64,000 nucleotides of DNA from Myxococcota bacterium (GTDB lineage: Bacteria; Myxococcota; SpSt-1050), in assembly GCA_049969675.1 (NCBI GenBank), contig JBMFOP010000001.1:47738-111737 (forward strand). The letters run 5' to 3'. The notes beneath the pieces are model-generated. The model was not told where the DNA came from. It ran no database searches and was given only the letters and a program-made list of their open reading frames with translations. Position numbers and translations under genes: made by a program. Of the stretch, positions 18,833 to 28,758 are shown piece after piece. The number at the start of each line of letters is the position of its first letter. Positions within the stretch are counted from its first letter, which is position 1.

Positions 18833-20641
18833 TTGCATAGGTATTATAAAGAGAATCAGGATATTGAAGGACAAAGGCTTGCCTGTGGTAAATATAGTCG
18901 CAGGGTTCTACAGGATCTGCTTAAACTATCAGATATTCATTGTAATATAATTGCAATGGGTTGGGTTGGAAATCGTATAGTGATTGATATTCTCCCACAG
19001 GGTAAAAAAGAGGACTCACTAATCACGCTTTATATTGCAAAGAGGGTAGATACTCAACCATCCCTTTTAAAGACCGACTTTCTGGATATATACTACAGTA
19101 GTAATAAGAATAACGAGGACTTTGCAAGACATATCCTATCTCTTAAGATTAATGATATCACTTTCGCTCAGCTAACGAAGATCTTAAAAGATGACCCTGA
19201 ACTTGGAGACCCATCTCTCTCTATGCCCACATCAGAGGCGGCGGATAGGCCAGAGAATCATCTGGACAGCTGGGGTGGAAGGGATTTATACGCCAATTTC
19301 TTCGCCGAGGGAGAATTTGCCAGAGGACAGTTAGATTCGGTTAATATCTATGAGAATTGTGTCTTTATTCAACATTCTGATATAGAATGCGTCTCGTTAA
19401 GGCCAAATCTGGATTTGAGACTCATTAAGTTTCTGGTAAGATATCCATGGCTCTCCCCAAATCCAGAGAAATATAGTGGTATCAGACGTGATGAACTCCC
19501 GGATGTTAATAAATTCTTCTCTACTGACCTCAGGGAGAAAGATATTATAATGGGGCATAATAAGGTTAGAGATGCACTTGAATATGTCCTTAATAATGTT
19601 AAGAAGAAGAATATCTTCCTCTCCAATACCTGCACCCCTGTTGTGATAGGGGAAGATGTAGAATCTTTAGTAAAAAAGGCTAAACAGAGGAGAAAGGACC
19701 TCTTATATCTTACAGTCACTCCTCAATCAATGGAGGTAGTATTAAAGGACTTATTTAAAATTCCATCTAAAAGAATGAAGAGAAAGGCTCATAATCTGAT
19801 TAATCTTATGGGTTATGAAGATGATAATTACATAAGACAGTTAATAAAGTTTCTAAAAGATTTAGGAATTGAAGTAAATTCTACTGTTATACCTGATGTC
19901 TCAGTAAAGACCCTTAATAAATATTTTAAAGGCGGTGTTGATATACTAAAACCAAATTCTCTCTGGAGCCATCTCTATATGCAACTTAACTCTATGTCTG
20001 GACATAAATATATTTCAATTGACTCACCATATGGCTTTTTCGGGACAATCAGATGGATAATTGAACTCTTAAGAATCCCTGGAAGAAAGATATCTGAGGA
20101 TGAGATAATGAAGAGAATAAAGCCCGAGATCATTGATAGATATTTGAGATTGAGAGAAGCAATGAAATCTATAGGTGTTATCTTCATTGTGAGAAAGGAT
20201 GAAGTTGGATATCTCACCGATTCTGCTAAGTCGTGGGGTGTACCTTTGATAAAGTTCTTCAGAGAGATGGGAAGTAAGATAGAGGTATTCATAAAGGCTC
20301 AAAGCCTTGAAGAGGCAAAGTCTGCATCAACTCAACTATTAGGTTTTATTTCGGATTATCATAATTTTGAGATAAGATATTTTGATTCTTTTGAGAATAT
20401 GATGAGACTGATAAAGAGTAGTATGGCTCAATTGGTTTTTACAAATCATTCAAATGATTGGAGGATAACATCGGGGGGAAAGCATTCTCTCTCACTTACG
20501 GATTTTGAAGTCGGTTTTGAAGGTGCAATATATACAATGGAAAATATTTTGAACCTCGCAAATAATCAATTTTTCAAGAGGTATGCAAGGTATTTACAGA
20601 GGGATTTTAAGGGAAGCTATGAAGAGAGAGAACAAAGGTAG
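18833..20641 (+). CDS. Nitrogenase component 1-like oxidoreductase subunit A
   Basis: QHSDIEC, STDLREKDIIMG, SNTCTPVVIGED, INLMG, PYG..GT..W resemble NifD/NifE/BchN scaffold motifs. Confidence 0.75.
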   Translation: MHRYYKENQDIEGQRLACGKYSRRVLQDLLKLSDIHCNIIAMGWVGNRIVIDILPQGKKEDSLITLYIAKRVDTQPSLLKTDFLDIYYSSNKNNEDFARHILSLKINDITFAQLTKILKDDPELGDPSLSMPTSEAADRPENHLDSWGGRDLYANFFAEGEFARGQLDSVNIYENCVFIQHSDIECVSLRPNLDLRLIKFLVRYPWLSPNPEKYSGIRRDELPDVNKFFSTDLREKDIIMGHNKVRDALEYVLNNVKKKNIFLSNTCTPVVIGEDVESLVKKAKQRRKDLLYLTVTPQSMEVVLKDLFKIPSKRMKRKAHNLINLMGYEDDNYIRQLIKFLKDLGIEVNSTVIPDVSVKTLNKYFKGGVDILKPNSLWSHLYMQLNSMSGHKYISIDSPYGFFGTIRWIIELLRIPGRKISEDEIMKRIKPEIIDRYLRLREAMKSIGVIFIVRKDEVGYLTDSAKSWGVPLIKFFREMGSKIEVFIKAQSLEEAKSASTQLLGFISDYHNFEIRYFDSFENMMRLIKSSMAQLVFTNHSNDWRITSGGKHSLSLTDFEVGFEGAIYTMENILNLANNQFFKRYARYLQRDFKGSYEEREQR

Positions 20642-21962
20642 AAAATTCTCTCAGAGGTTACTGAGCCCATATATGGTGGGAGTCTATCTCGGTGTTAATG
20701 CTGTGAAGGATTTTTATCTGCTTGTAGATGGGCCGGATTGCTCATATATGAAGACCCAATATATAGGAATGAATCAGGACTTCTATGCCAATCTTACAAA
20801 TCTATCTGGTTTTCACAGAATAGGAAATACTGCATTACATCCAATTATGATGGCATCTTCAAGAGAGGAGAAGATTCTCTCTGCTTTATTAAAGATTGCA
20901 AAAGGAGAATTTGTCTCTGCGGTTGGTATCACTCCGATGCCAATGGCAGCGGTTACCGCGGTAGATTATAGTCGGTTATTAAGGGAGGTGAGCAGGAGAT
21001 ATAAAAAACCAACATTTGAGTTCAAGAATAAATCACTCTCGGGGGATTGGATGGATGGTTACATGGAATTCGGGAAGGTGCTTGCATCCAGTATGGAGAT
21101 TGGGAAGGTCAGGAAGAGACGAAGGTCTGTGGCTATAATCGGTTATTTATATGATAGAAACGAATATGATAATATTGCAAATATCGCTGAGCTCAAAAGA
21201 GTCTTTCAGGGGATTGGTGTAAATGTCGCGGGTATATGGTTTGATGGCGGCGGTTTTATGGATCTAAAATCAGTATCTGAGGCTGACCTGATTATTTCGT
21301 TTGGATATCTCAGAGATGCTGCGAGAATCTTATCAGAGCGGCTAAAGACTCCGGTGATGGAATTTGATTATCCAGTGGGGTTTGAGCAGACGGGTGATAT
21401 ATTAAAGAGGGTATCTGAATACTTTGAAATCAGAGACGCATCCACCTTCATTGAGAGAGAGACAGAGGCAATTGTGAGGAGAGTAGAGTCACTTATAGAA
21501 CAATACTTAATACGACTCAGGGTGTTTTATTGTGGGGACCCGATTCTATTTAATTCAATTAAATCAATGCTTGAACTTGTTGGAATGAAGATTGAATATG
21601 CCATTATTTCCAATACATCTGAGAAGTCATCTTATGTAAAGGAGCCAATTAAGAATATTATTTTTGAACCGTCTATCAACGATGTCTTTGAGGTTGGTCT
21701 AAAGATGGCAAGAGAGGATAAGATAGACCTATATGTCGGCAATAGTGATATGAGTTCATACTTTATCGGGAGTGGGAAGGCGGCGGTTGAGATTGGATTC
21801 CCTTCTTATTTCTCGCATTGTATCGCAGAAATCCCTTATGTGGGTTATAGAGGGTATATGCATCTTCTGAACAGGATTATAAAAGAGCTCAGATTTGCTG
21901 AGGTCAGAAAGGTCTTTAGAGAGCAAGGGATAGAGTCATTCATAAAAAATAAAATTTTATAA
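20619..21962 (+). CDS. Nitrogenase component 1-like oxidoreductase subunit B
   Basis: VDGPDC, V.IIG, ELKR....IGV.V, P.GF..T, IGFP...H....PY.GY.G..L; overlaps subunit A. Confidence 0.8.
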   Translation: MKRENKGRKFSQRLLSPYMVGVYLGVNAVKDFYLLVDGPDCSYMKTQYIGMNQDFYANLTNLSGFHRIGNTALHPIMMASSREEKILSALLKIAKGEFVSAVGITPMPMAAVTAVDYSRLLREVSRRYKKPTFEFKNKSLSGDWMDGYMEFGKVLASSMEIGKVRKRRRSVAIIGYLYDRNEYDNIANIAELKRVFQGIGVNVAGIWFDGGGFMDLKSVSEADLIISFGYLRDAARILSERLKTPVMEFDYPVGFEQTGDILKRVSEYFEIRDASTFIERETEAIVRRVESLIEQYLIRLRVFYCGDPILFNSIKSMLELVGMKIEYAIISNTSEKSSYVKEPIKNIIFEPSINDVFEVGLKMAREDKIDLYVGNSDMSSYFIGSGKAAVEIGFPSYFSHCIAEIPYVGYRGYMHLLNRIIKELRFAEVRKVFREQGIESFIKNKIL

Positions 21963-22031
21963 CTTCTGGATATTGCTAACTGTAGATTTTTCTTGAAATC
22001 TTTTTCAGATTGTGTTAGGGTTTCTGCCGCT

Positions 22032-22112
22032 GCCGAAGTGGTGGAATTGGTAGACACGTACGTTTGAGGGGCGTATGCCAGCGGCGTGTGGGTTCGAGTC
22101 CCACCTTCGGCA
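22032..22112 (+). tRNA. tRNA-Leu (anticodon GAG), CCA not encoded
   Basis: Acceptor GCCGAAG/CTTCGGC-A, D-loop GGAATTGGTAGAC, anticodon loop TTGAGGG, variable arm, GTGGGTTCGAGTCCCAC. Confidence 0.96.
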
Positions 22113-22246
22113 TTTTTTTTTGCCTTTACTTGCTTTTTGAAATTATAATTTTACATTATTAATATTTACAATGGATTGAGTAAAGGTTATTATTTATCTG
22201 TTTTGAGGGTTAGCTCTGGTCTGTCTTTTGAGGCAGGTAAGAAGTC

Positions 22247-24169
22247 TTGAAGAAAAAATATTTATATTTAAATCTCAATCTAAATAAGAGTATAGCCTTT
22301 AAGGTATCGCTTGTGATATCTATCGCCATACTAATTATTATGGGGACTGGATTCTATTTTCTCCTTGATATGCAAAAGAAGGCTATTAAGAAAAATATTG
22401 ATGATTATTTTGCCTCCATTTATGAGATGGTTCTGGTTACAATAAAGGACCAGCATACCTTGAACGGAACACTCCCTTCAAAACAGCTACGGGATATAAT
22501 GAAATCCCACAAAGAGATTATATCTTCCAATATCACCAATTATTATGGTGTAATTAAATGGGCTTCAAATCCCTCTGATGTAGGGAAGATAAATAAACTT
22601 GTGAATGAGGTAAAGAAGGAGTGGGGAGGTGCGGATATCAGGACAGGGGTAAGGATTCTTGAAAATAAGAATGCTACTCAGATTGTTACACCAATTATGC
22701 CCGAACAGATCTGCGTCAAATGTCATCAGGATAGAAAGGAACCCATAGGATTTTTTATTGCGGAGAGTATTAGTTTTTCAACTCTATTTAGCGACATCTA
22801 TAAATTTTCTACTGTCTCGTTTCTTGTAATTCTGGATACAATTCTGGTAACAATGCTCATCCTCTCTTTAGCACTGAGGTTTTATGTAGTTAAACCCATT
22901 GATACACTTTTGAGTATGATTCAGGCTGTGGAGAAGGGGAATTTCCTCGTGAGGGCAGATATAAAGAGGGAGGATGAACTTGGTATCCTCTCTCGTGGCT
23001 TTAATAATATGCTCAAGAAGATTACCGACCTTATGGTCTCTCAAATGGATCAGGAGAGACAGGTTGTACAGATGCAACAGGAGTTAAAATATCGTGATGA
23101 GATAGAGGAGAAAGGGAAGAAGATTCTTGAGATTAATGCCTCACTTGAGAAGAAGTTGAATGAACTTTCGCTCTTAATCGAACTCTCATCAGCCCTCAAT
23201 TCAAGCCTTGAACTGGATGATATACTTGAATCTCTGGTAAATATCCTGCACAGGAAGATGAACTATCTTGGACTTGTGGTCTTACTATGGGATGAGGAAG
23301 AGCGGGTATTGAGAGTAAAGAGGTCATTTGGTTATGACGATGGAGAGCAGCTTAAAAATATGGTCTTTAAGCCCGGTGAGGGGATTTCCGGGCTTGTCGT
23401 TCAGAGCGGAGAGATGATTCTTGTAAATGATACAACGCATGACCCGAGATTCCTGCATTATAAAGGGAAGAAGATCATTGATGGCTCATTTTTGTCCATT
23501 CCTATGAAGTTTAAGGGTGAGACCATTGGTGTGTTAAACTTTTCAAGGCCCGGGATATATATGTTTAAGGATGATGAGATAGAGCTCTTAAAGGCTGTTG
23601 CCAATCAGGCGGCGATTGCGATCAAGAATGCTGAATTGTATCAGAAGACATTAGAACTCTCCATCACCGATGCCCTTACAGGTTTATATAACAGAAGATA
23701 TTTTTTCAGGAGGTTTGCAGAGGTTGTAGAGAATTCAATTCGCTATAATACAGGTTTCTCAATCCTTATGATTGATATAGACCATTTTAAGAATTTTAAT
23801 GATACATACGGACATAAGGCTGGGGATGAGATATTAAAGAGGGTGGCATATATATTCTCTTCAAGAGTCAGGAAGGTGGATATTGTAGCACGATATGGTG
23901 GAGAAGAATTCATAATTCTCTTCCCGAGGATGAAGAAGAAAGAGGCTTATGACCTTGCAGAGAAACTCCGTAAGAATGTGGAACTCTCAAAATTTGTTTT
24001 TGAGGGACAACCTATAGGACAGAAGATTACAATATCTATTGGTGTTGCCACTTTCCCCGACGATAGCAAGGATGCCAGGGAGATAGTAGATCTGGCAGAT
24101 AAGGCACTTTATAAGGCAAAGAGAAATGGTAGAAATCAGACAGTCTCATATGAACAGACCAATGAATGA
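22247..24169 (+). CDS. Membrane diguanylate cyclase (periplasmic CxxCH sensor, HAMP, GAF, GGDEF)
   Basis: Two TM helices, CVKCH, DELG.L...FN.M HAMP, GAF, D.LTGLYNRR, RKVD I-site, GGEEF. Confidence 0.93.
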   Translation: MKKKYLYLNLNLNKSIAFKVSLVISIAILIIMGTGFYFLLDMQKKAIKKNIDDYFASIYEMVLVTIKDQHTLNGTLPSKQLRDIMKSHKEIISSNITNYYGVIKWASNPSDVGKINKLVNEVKKEWGGADIRTGVRILENKNATQIVTPIMPEQICVKCHQDRKEPIGFFIAESISFSTLFSDIYKFSTVSFLVILDTILVTMLILSLALRFYVVKPIDTLLSMIQAVEKGNFLVRADIKREDELGILSRGFNNMLKKITDLMVSQMDQERQVVQMQQELKYRDEIEEKGKKILEINASLEKKLNELSLLIELSSALNSSLELDDILESLVNILHRKMNYLGLVVLLWDEEERVLRVKRSFGYDDGEQLKNMVFKPGEGISGLVVQSGEMILVNDTTHDPRFLHYKGKKIIDGSFLSIPMKFKGETIGVLNFSRPGIYMFKDDEIELLKAVANQAAIAIKNAELYQKTLELSITDALTGLYNRRYFFRRFAEVVENSIRYNTGFSILMIDIDHFKNFNDTYGHKAGDEILKRVAYIFSSRVRKVDIVARYGGEEFIILFPRMKKKEAYDLAEKLRKNVELSKFVFEGQPIGQKITISIGVATFPDDSKDAREIVDLADKALYKAKRNGRNQTVSYEQTNE

Positions 24170-25224
24170 ATAAATTCATTCCCAGAACATTATTTGGTTA
24201 TATCTTTCAGAGGGCTGCAATCTCATTTTTTCTATTCCTGATGATTATCTCCACAATACTCTTGCTGGTCTCTTTTATACAATATGCGGACATCTTCCTT
24301 ATTGCCAATATCTCATCCGGAGATATCCTTAAGATAATACTCCTGATGTTCCCTCTCTCATTTGAGTTTGCCATCCCTCTTTCAGTAGTTGCTTCTTTGA
24401 TGTATGTTTTTTATGTAATGGAGGTAAAGAATGAGGTCCTTGCCATTGAACTGACAGGGTTCAATAGATATATTTTTGCATATCCCGTCCTCTTATTTGC
24501 AACTCTAATATTTTTAGTAAATTTGATTTTTTCACTTCTTCTTTTTCCTCTATCTATATCCAGAATTAAGGCACAGGCTATGAACTATACAGGGAGCAAT
24601 ATCAAAAATGCGCTTATAGATGGAAGGATAAATGATGATATACCTGATACAGTTATATATTTCAAATCCAGAGATGAGAATGATAGATATAAGAATCTCT
24701 ATGTCTTTCAGAGAGGGGAGAGCGGTGAACATCTGCTGATTTATTCAAAAGAGGCAAGATTTGATTTTGCTAAAGAGGATCTATCAATTGGGATAAATAT
24801 GAATAATGGAAAAATTATTGCCCCGGATGGCAATTCTATCAGGAATATCATCTTTGAGGAAGGGAGATTGAGTATAGATGTGGCAGATATAATAGAAAAG
24901 AAGGTTAAAAATATAAGAGGATTTTATGGGAACAATACCCCAAAGGAGAAGAGTATAGTTCTATATGATGGGATTTATCTATCTCTGGTAAATCTCTGGA
25001 TATGCTTGATTGGAGTAATAATATTCATCGGTAGATTAGATATAAATCATTTTATTAGATACATATTGTTTTTCCTCTTTACTGGTTTATATTATATTGG
25101 ATTCAGAGGGTATCATTCAGCATTTGAGAGCGGATTTATGAGGGTCTCGGAGGCATTCTTCTCTATACTATTTTTGATGTCTCTATTTCTGATATTGATA
25201 AAGAGGATGTTTGTGCTCAGATGA
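24166..25224 (+). CDS. lptF: LPS export permease LptF
   Basis: YjgP/YjgQ topology, NE..A...G motif, paired with the next gene. Confidence 0.75.
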   Translation: MNKFIPRTLFGYIFQRAAISFFLFLMIISTILLLVSFIQYADIFLIANISSGDILKIILLMFPLSFEFAIPLSVVASLMYVFYVMEVKNEVLAIELTGFNRYIFAYPVLLFATLIFLVNLIFSLLLFPLSISRIKAQAMNYTGSNIKNALIDGRINDDIPDTVIYFKSRDENDRYKNLYVFQRGESGEHLLIYSKEARFDFAKEDLSIGINMNNGKIIAPDGNSIRNIIFEEGRLSIDVADIIEKKVKNIRGFYGNNTPKEKSIVLYDGIYLSLVNLWICLIGVIIFIGRLDINHFIRYILFFLFTGLYYIGFRGYHSAFESGFMRVSEAFFSILFLMSLFLILIKRMFVLR

Positions 25225-26342
25225 TTATTCTATTTAGGTACATCAATCGAAGATTCTTTCTGATTCTTATAATGGTACTCATAGCAGTAATGCTACTCTC
25301 ATTTCTGATTGATACTATTGAGAGTTCAAAGACCATATCTCAGGAAGATGTAAAGGCATCATCAGTAATCCTTCTACTCTTTAACAAATTCATTGTTCTC
25401 TCCATTCAGACATTTCCGCTTTCTGTGTATATCTCATTATTACTTGTTCTCTACAGCCTTCATATAAAAAATGAATATCTATCTCTTATGACCTCTGCAA
25501 TCAGACCTGAGAGGCTCATCCTCCTTTTTTCTCCAGCCATATTGGTATGCGGGATTATCTATTATATTTTAGCAGATTCAATTCTGCCAGAGGCATCAAA
25601 AGAGGTTGATAGACTCCTCATCTTTGATTTTAAGAGATTTACAGCAAGCTGGACATATTTTTATAGAGATAGAAACTGGTTTTTAGGGAGAGATGGAGTT
25701 ATATATCATTATAATGAGATAGATGAGAATAGCAGGAGTATGAAGGATTTTTCTCTCTATAAATTGAGTGAGGATGGTGTTGAAAAAGTACTCTTTGCAA
25801 AAAGATTACAACATCAGGGTGGAAAGAAATATCTATCTGAAGGGGTGAGAGAGTTTATATTTGGAGAAGATGGCAAGACAGGTTATGATGCGGGTATCTC
25901 AAAGAGCATTACCCTTGCAGATGATTACGACATCTTCCGTCAGAGGAGGGGCAGACCTTTTCAGATGAGCCTACCCGAACTCATAAATTTGATTGAGATT
26001 AGAGAACGGGTGGGGATGGATACCTCCCGCTATAGGTATGAGATGTATAACAGAATATTTTATCCACTATCATTTGTATCGCTCTGTCTCTTTATATTGT
26101 TTCTATTTATAAAAAGACTTTATCTGATGAGTTCACGATATATTATCTTTTACGGTATGGTAGTATTACTATTGTTCTTTTTACTTCAGACATTTGCCGG
26201 TAAATTATCTGAGGCATCCATAAATAAACCATTTTTTGTAGCCTCCATCCCCTTCGCCAGTCTTTTCTTAATGATAATAATTATTCTGATAGTTGATGGA
26301 TTTAATAGAGCAAATAGGCCTCAAAAAGAGGCATCTTTGTAG
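25221..26342 (+). CDS. lptG: LPS export permease LptG
   Basis: LFRYI N-terminus, NE.L.LM, MSL.EL, RI.YP motifs. Confidence 0.75.
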   Translation: MIILFRYINRRFFLILIMVLIAVMLLSFLIDTIESSKTISQEDVKASSVILLLFNKFIVLSIQTFPLSVYISLLLVLYSLHIKNEYLSLMTSAIRPERLILLFSPAILVCGIIYYILADSILPEASKEVDRLLIFDFKRFTASWTYFYRDRNWFLGRDGVIYHYNEIDENSRSMKDFSLYKLSEDGVEKVLFAKRLQHQGGKKYLSEGVREFIFGEDGKTGYDAGISKSITLADDYDIFRQRRGRPFQMSLPELINLIEIRERVGMDTSRYRYEMYNRIFYPLSFVSLCLFILFLFIKRLYLMSSRYIIFYGMVVLLLFFLLQTFAGKLSEASINKPFFVASIPFASLFLMIIIILIVDGFNRANRPQKEASL

Positions 26343-27304
26343 TTGAGGCATCTAATCTGATGGCTCTCTCCTTCCGTGAGAAGCTCAGGGAATCTTTCCC
26401 TGCATATATCTGTAGCCCTGTTGCACCTCGGATTAAATGGACATCCGGCTGGCATATCCCTTATAGATGGGACGAACCCTTTTATCTCCATAAGCCTTCT
26501 CTGATGACCCTTCCTTCTCTCTTCAAACAGTCTTTTTAATGCGAGTGTATAAGGGTGCATAGGATTATTAAGTATCTCCGAAGCGCTACCGGCCTCCATA
26601 ATAGTACCTCCATACATAACTATGATTCTGTCCGCAATCTTCTCTACTATATTCATATCGTGTGAGATGAAGATGAGCGATATCCCTTTTCTTTGTTTCA
26701 TATGCTTTATGAGTGATAATATTCCGCTGGCAATGGTTACATCCAGAGCAGTTGTAGGTTCATCTGCGATTACCACAGAAGGTTGGGGGAGGAATGCCAT
26801 GGCAATGAGTGCCCGCTGTCTCATTCCACCTGAGAGTTGATGCGGATATGAATTATATACTCTCTCTGCATCCCTTATACCTACATCTTTGAGCGATGTC
26901 AGAATCCTCTTCTTCTGTTCCGCCTTGTCAATATCTGGCAGGACCTCACTCAGCTGGTTACCTATTGAAAAGAGGGGGTTTAAGGCGGTCATAGGCTCTT
27001 GAAATATCATCGTGATTTTCTTTCCTCTCATGAGTGAAGGGTCTTTTATTGTGACATTATCATCTGAATACTCAATATCTCCACGAAATAGCAGATTCTG
27101 TGGCAATAATCCCATAATTGAATATCCGGTCATTGATTTGCCTGAACCCGATTCTCCGATTATACAGAGTGTCTCATTTTTATATACCCCGAATGATATA
27201 TCCCTCAAAATGTGGTATCCGTCCAGAGTTTTAAGATATTCAATATTCACTTTCAGGATGCTATTTGATGACATTCTTAAATGCTCCGAATCTGGATATA
27301 TCAA
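26321..27304 (-). CDS. Oligopeptide/dipeptide ABC transporter ATP-binding protein (OppD-like)
   Basis: GESGSGKS, IFQEPM.ALNP, YPHQLSGGMRQR, DEPTTALD, HPYT, GCPF.PRC; true start may be 27274. Confidence 0.92.
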   Translation of the reverse strand: MIYPDSEHLRMSSNSILKVNIEYLKTLDGYHILRDISFGVYKNETLCIIGESGSGKSMTGYSIMGLLPQNLLFRGDIEYSDDNVTIKDPSLMRGKKITMIFQEPMTALNPLFSIGNQLSEVLPDIDKAEQKKRILTSLKDVGIRDAERVYNSYPHQLSGGMRQRALIAMAFLPQPSVVIADEPTTALDVTIASGILSLIKHMKQRKGISLIFISHDMNIVEKIADRIIVMYGGTIMEAGSASEILNNPMHPYTLALKRLFEERRKGHQRRLMEIKGFVPSIRDMPAGCPFNPRCNRATDICRERFPELLTEGESHQIRCLNYKDASF

Positions 27305-27971
27305 ATGTTTTATTATCTACCTCCTCAAAAGATATTTTTATTATTTTTATATCTGTCTTCATATTCCTCTTTTCATCCTGAATCTGAATTCTATGGTATA
27401 TCCGTTTGCCCTGTAGGGTAGAGAAGTCTTGATATATGGCACTGATCTTCCCTCCATTTGAATATAAAATCTCTGCCTTTTTGACTGAACAATACTCGGG
27501 TTCAATGAAAAAAGTAATCTTATCTTCATTATTCTCTGTATATACAAATTTATTATTGTCTTTTTCTGTGAGCCTCTTCTCATCAACCGATAGAGTTAGG
27601 AGCTCGTTAAGAACTGAAAATGGTATAGAAATATTGAAGACTCTACCAATCTCCTCTTCGTTTGCAAATGTATAAAGGATTTGCTGCTGGTAATCTATTA
27701 CATATAATTTTCTCTCTTTTAGAAGGATGGTTGTGATTATATCGTCAAAGACCCCCATTACATCTACTCTAACCATACCATCTTTAATAAATATATTTTG
27801 TATTGTGGTAAACCTCTCTTTTCCAATTTCAATCCCTGTCTTTGCCCTTATTTTCAGATTGCTAAAATGAATTGGTCTATCACATCCTGATCTGATTTGT
27901 ATATTCTCCGGTCTATGTATGCAGCCTGATGAGAGAATTATTGTTAGAACAACAATTATTTGCCTCTTCAT
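27261..27971 (-). CDS. LolA/LolB-like fold lipoprotein (DUF4292-like)
   Basis: Lipobox LSSGC; beta-rich pattern with Y.DF and F.I C-terminal motifs. Confidence 0.6.
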   Translation of the reverse strand: MKRQIIVVLTIILSSGCIHRPENIQIRSGCDRPIHFSNLKIRAKTGIEIGKERFTTIQNIFIKDGMVRVDVMGVFDDIITTILLKERKLYVIDYQQQILYTFANEEEIGRVFNISIPFSVLNELLTLSVDEKRLTEKDNNKFVYTENNEDKITFFIEPEYCSVKKAEILYSNGGKISAIYQDFSTLQGKRIYHRIQIQDEKRNMKTDIKIIKISFEEVDNKTFDISRFGAFKNVIK

Positions 27972-28122
27972 AAGGGTTCTTCTTTAGCACAAAAAAATTA
28001 ATAAAAATACTTTAAATTTAACAAAAACTGGTATATAAGGGCTTCCTTTGATTGAGCTGGCAAGATTTGAAGTTTACTTCCAGCCAAAAATATTTGTCTT
28101 TTGGAAAGAAGGAGATATTAAG

Positions 28123-28731
28123 ATGATAGTCCAAATCAATCCGATTAACCCTCAGAAGCACCTGATTGAGAAGGCTGTAGAGATTCTGAAGAATAAAGGT
28201 GTAATAGCCTACCCGACTGATACTGTCTATGGGATAGGGTGTGATATCTTTGAAAAAGAGGCGGTTGAAAGGATATATCAGATTAAGTCCAAAGATAGGA
28301 AGAAACCGCTCTCATTTATCTGCGAAGACCTCAAACATATCAGCCAGTTTGCTATAGTTTCGGATAATGCATATAGATTGATGAAGAGACTGATCCCCGG
28401 TCCATATACATTTATCCTTGAAGCCACAAAACTTGTCCCCAAGGTAATGCTGACGAAGAGGAATACAGTTGGGATAAGGGTCCCGGACAATAAGATATGC
28501 CTTGAGATAGTCAGGACATTGGGTCATCCAATAGTTACCACGAGTGCAAATGTCTCCAGTGAGGAGGTCATTTCAGATCCGGCAGAGATTCATAAGAAGT
28601 TTGGTAAGGTATTGGACCTCGTAATTGATGGTGGTGTCCTTTCACAGGAGCCTTCCTCCATTATTGACCTTACCGGTAAAGAACCGGTAGTGGTTCGTGA
28701 GGGGAAGGGGGATCTCTCTCTTTTCAAGTAA
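28123..28731 (+). CDS. SUA5/YciO/YrdC family protein (YciO-type)
   Basis: I.PINPQ, AYPTDTVYG.GC, PGPYTFIL, TVGIRVP, TTSAN; AGGAG RBS. Confidence 0.93.
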   Translation: MIVQINPINPQKHLIEKAVEILKNKGVIAYPTDTVYGIGCDIFEKEAVERIYQIKSKDRKKPLSFICEDLKHISQFAIVSDNAYRLMKRLIPGPYTFILEATKLVPKVMLTKRNTVGIRVPDNKICLEIVRTLGHPIVTTSANVSSEEVISDPAEIHKKFGKVLDLVIDGGVLSQEPSSIIDLTGKEPVVVREGKGDLSLFK

Positions 28732-28758
28732 TCTTTCAAATCTTTCTGAGGATAGTCT

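Noticed and set aside
18833..21962. True nitrogenase nifDK/nifEN
   Set aside because: Incomplete P-cluster Cys set, no recognisable FeMo-co ligands, no nifH or nifB nearby
22032..22130. tRNA-Leu as an integration site for an island
   Set aside because: No integrase seen and I found no duplicate of the tRNA 3' end in the window
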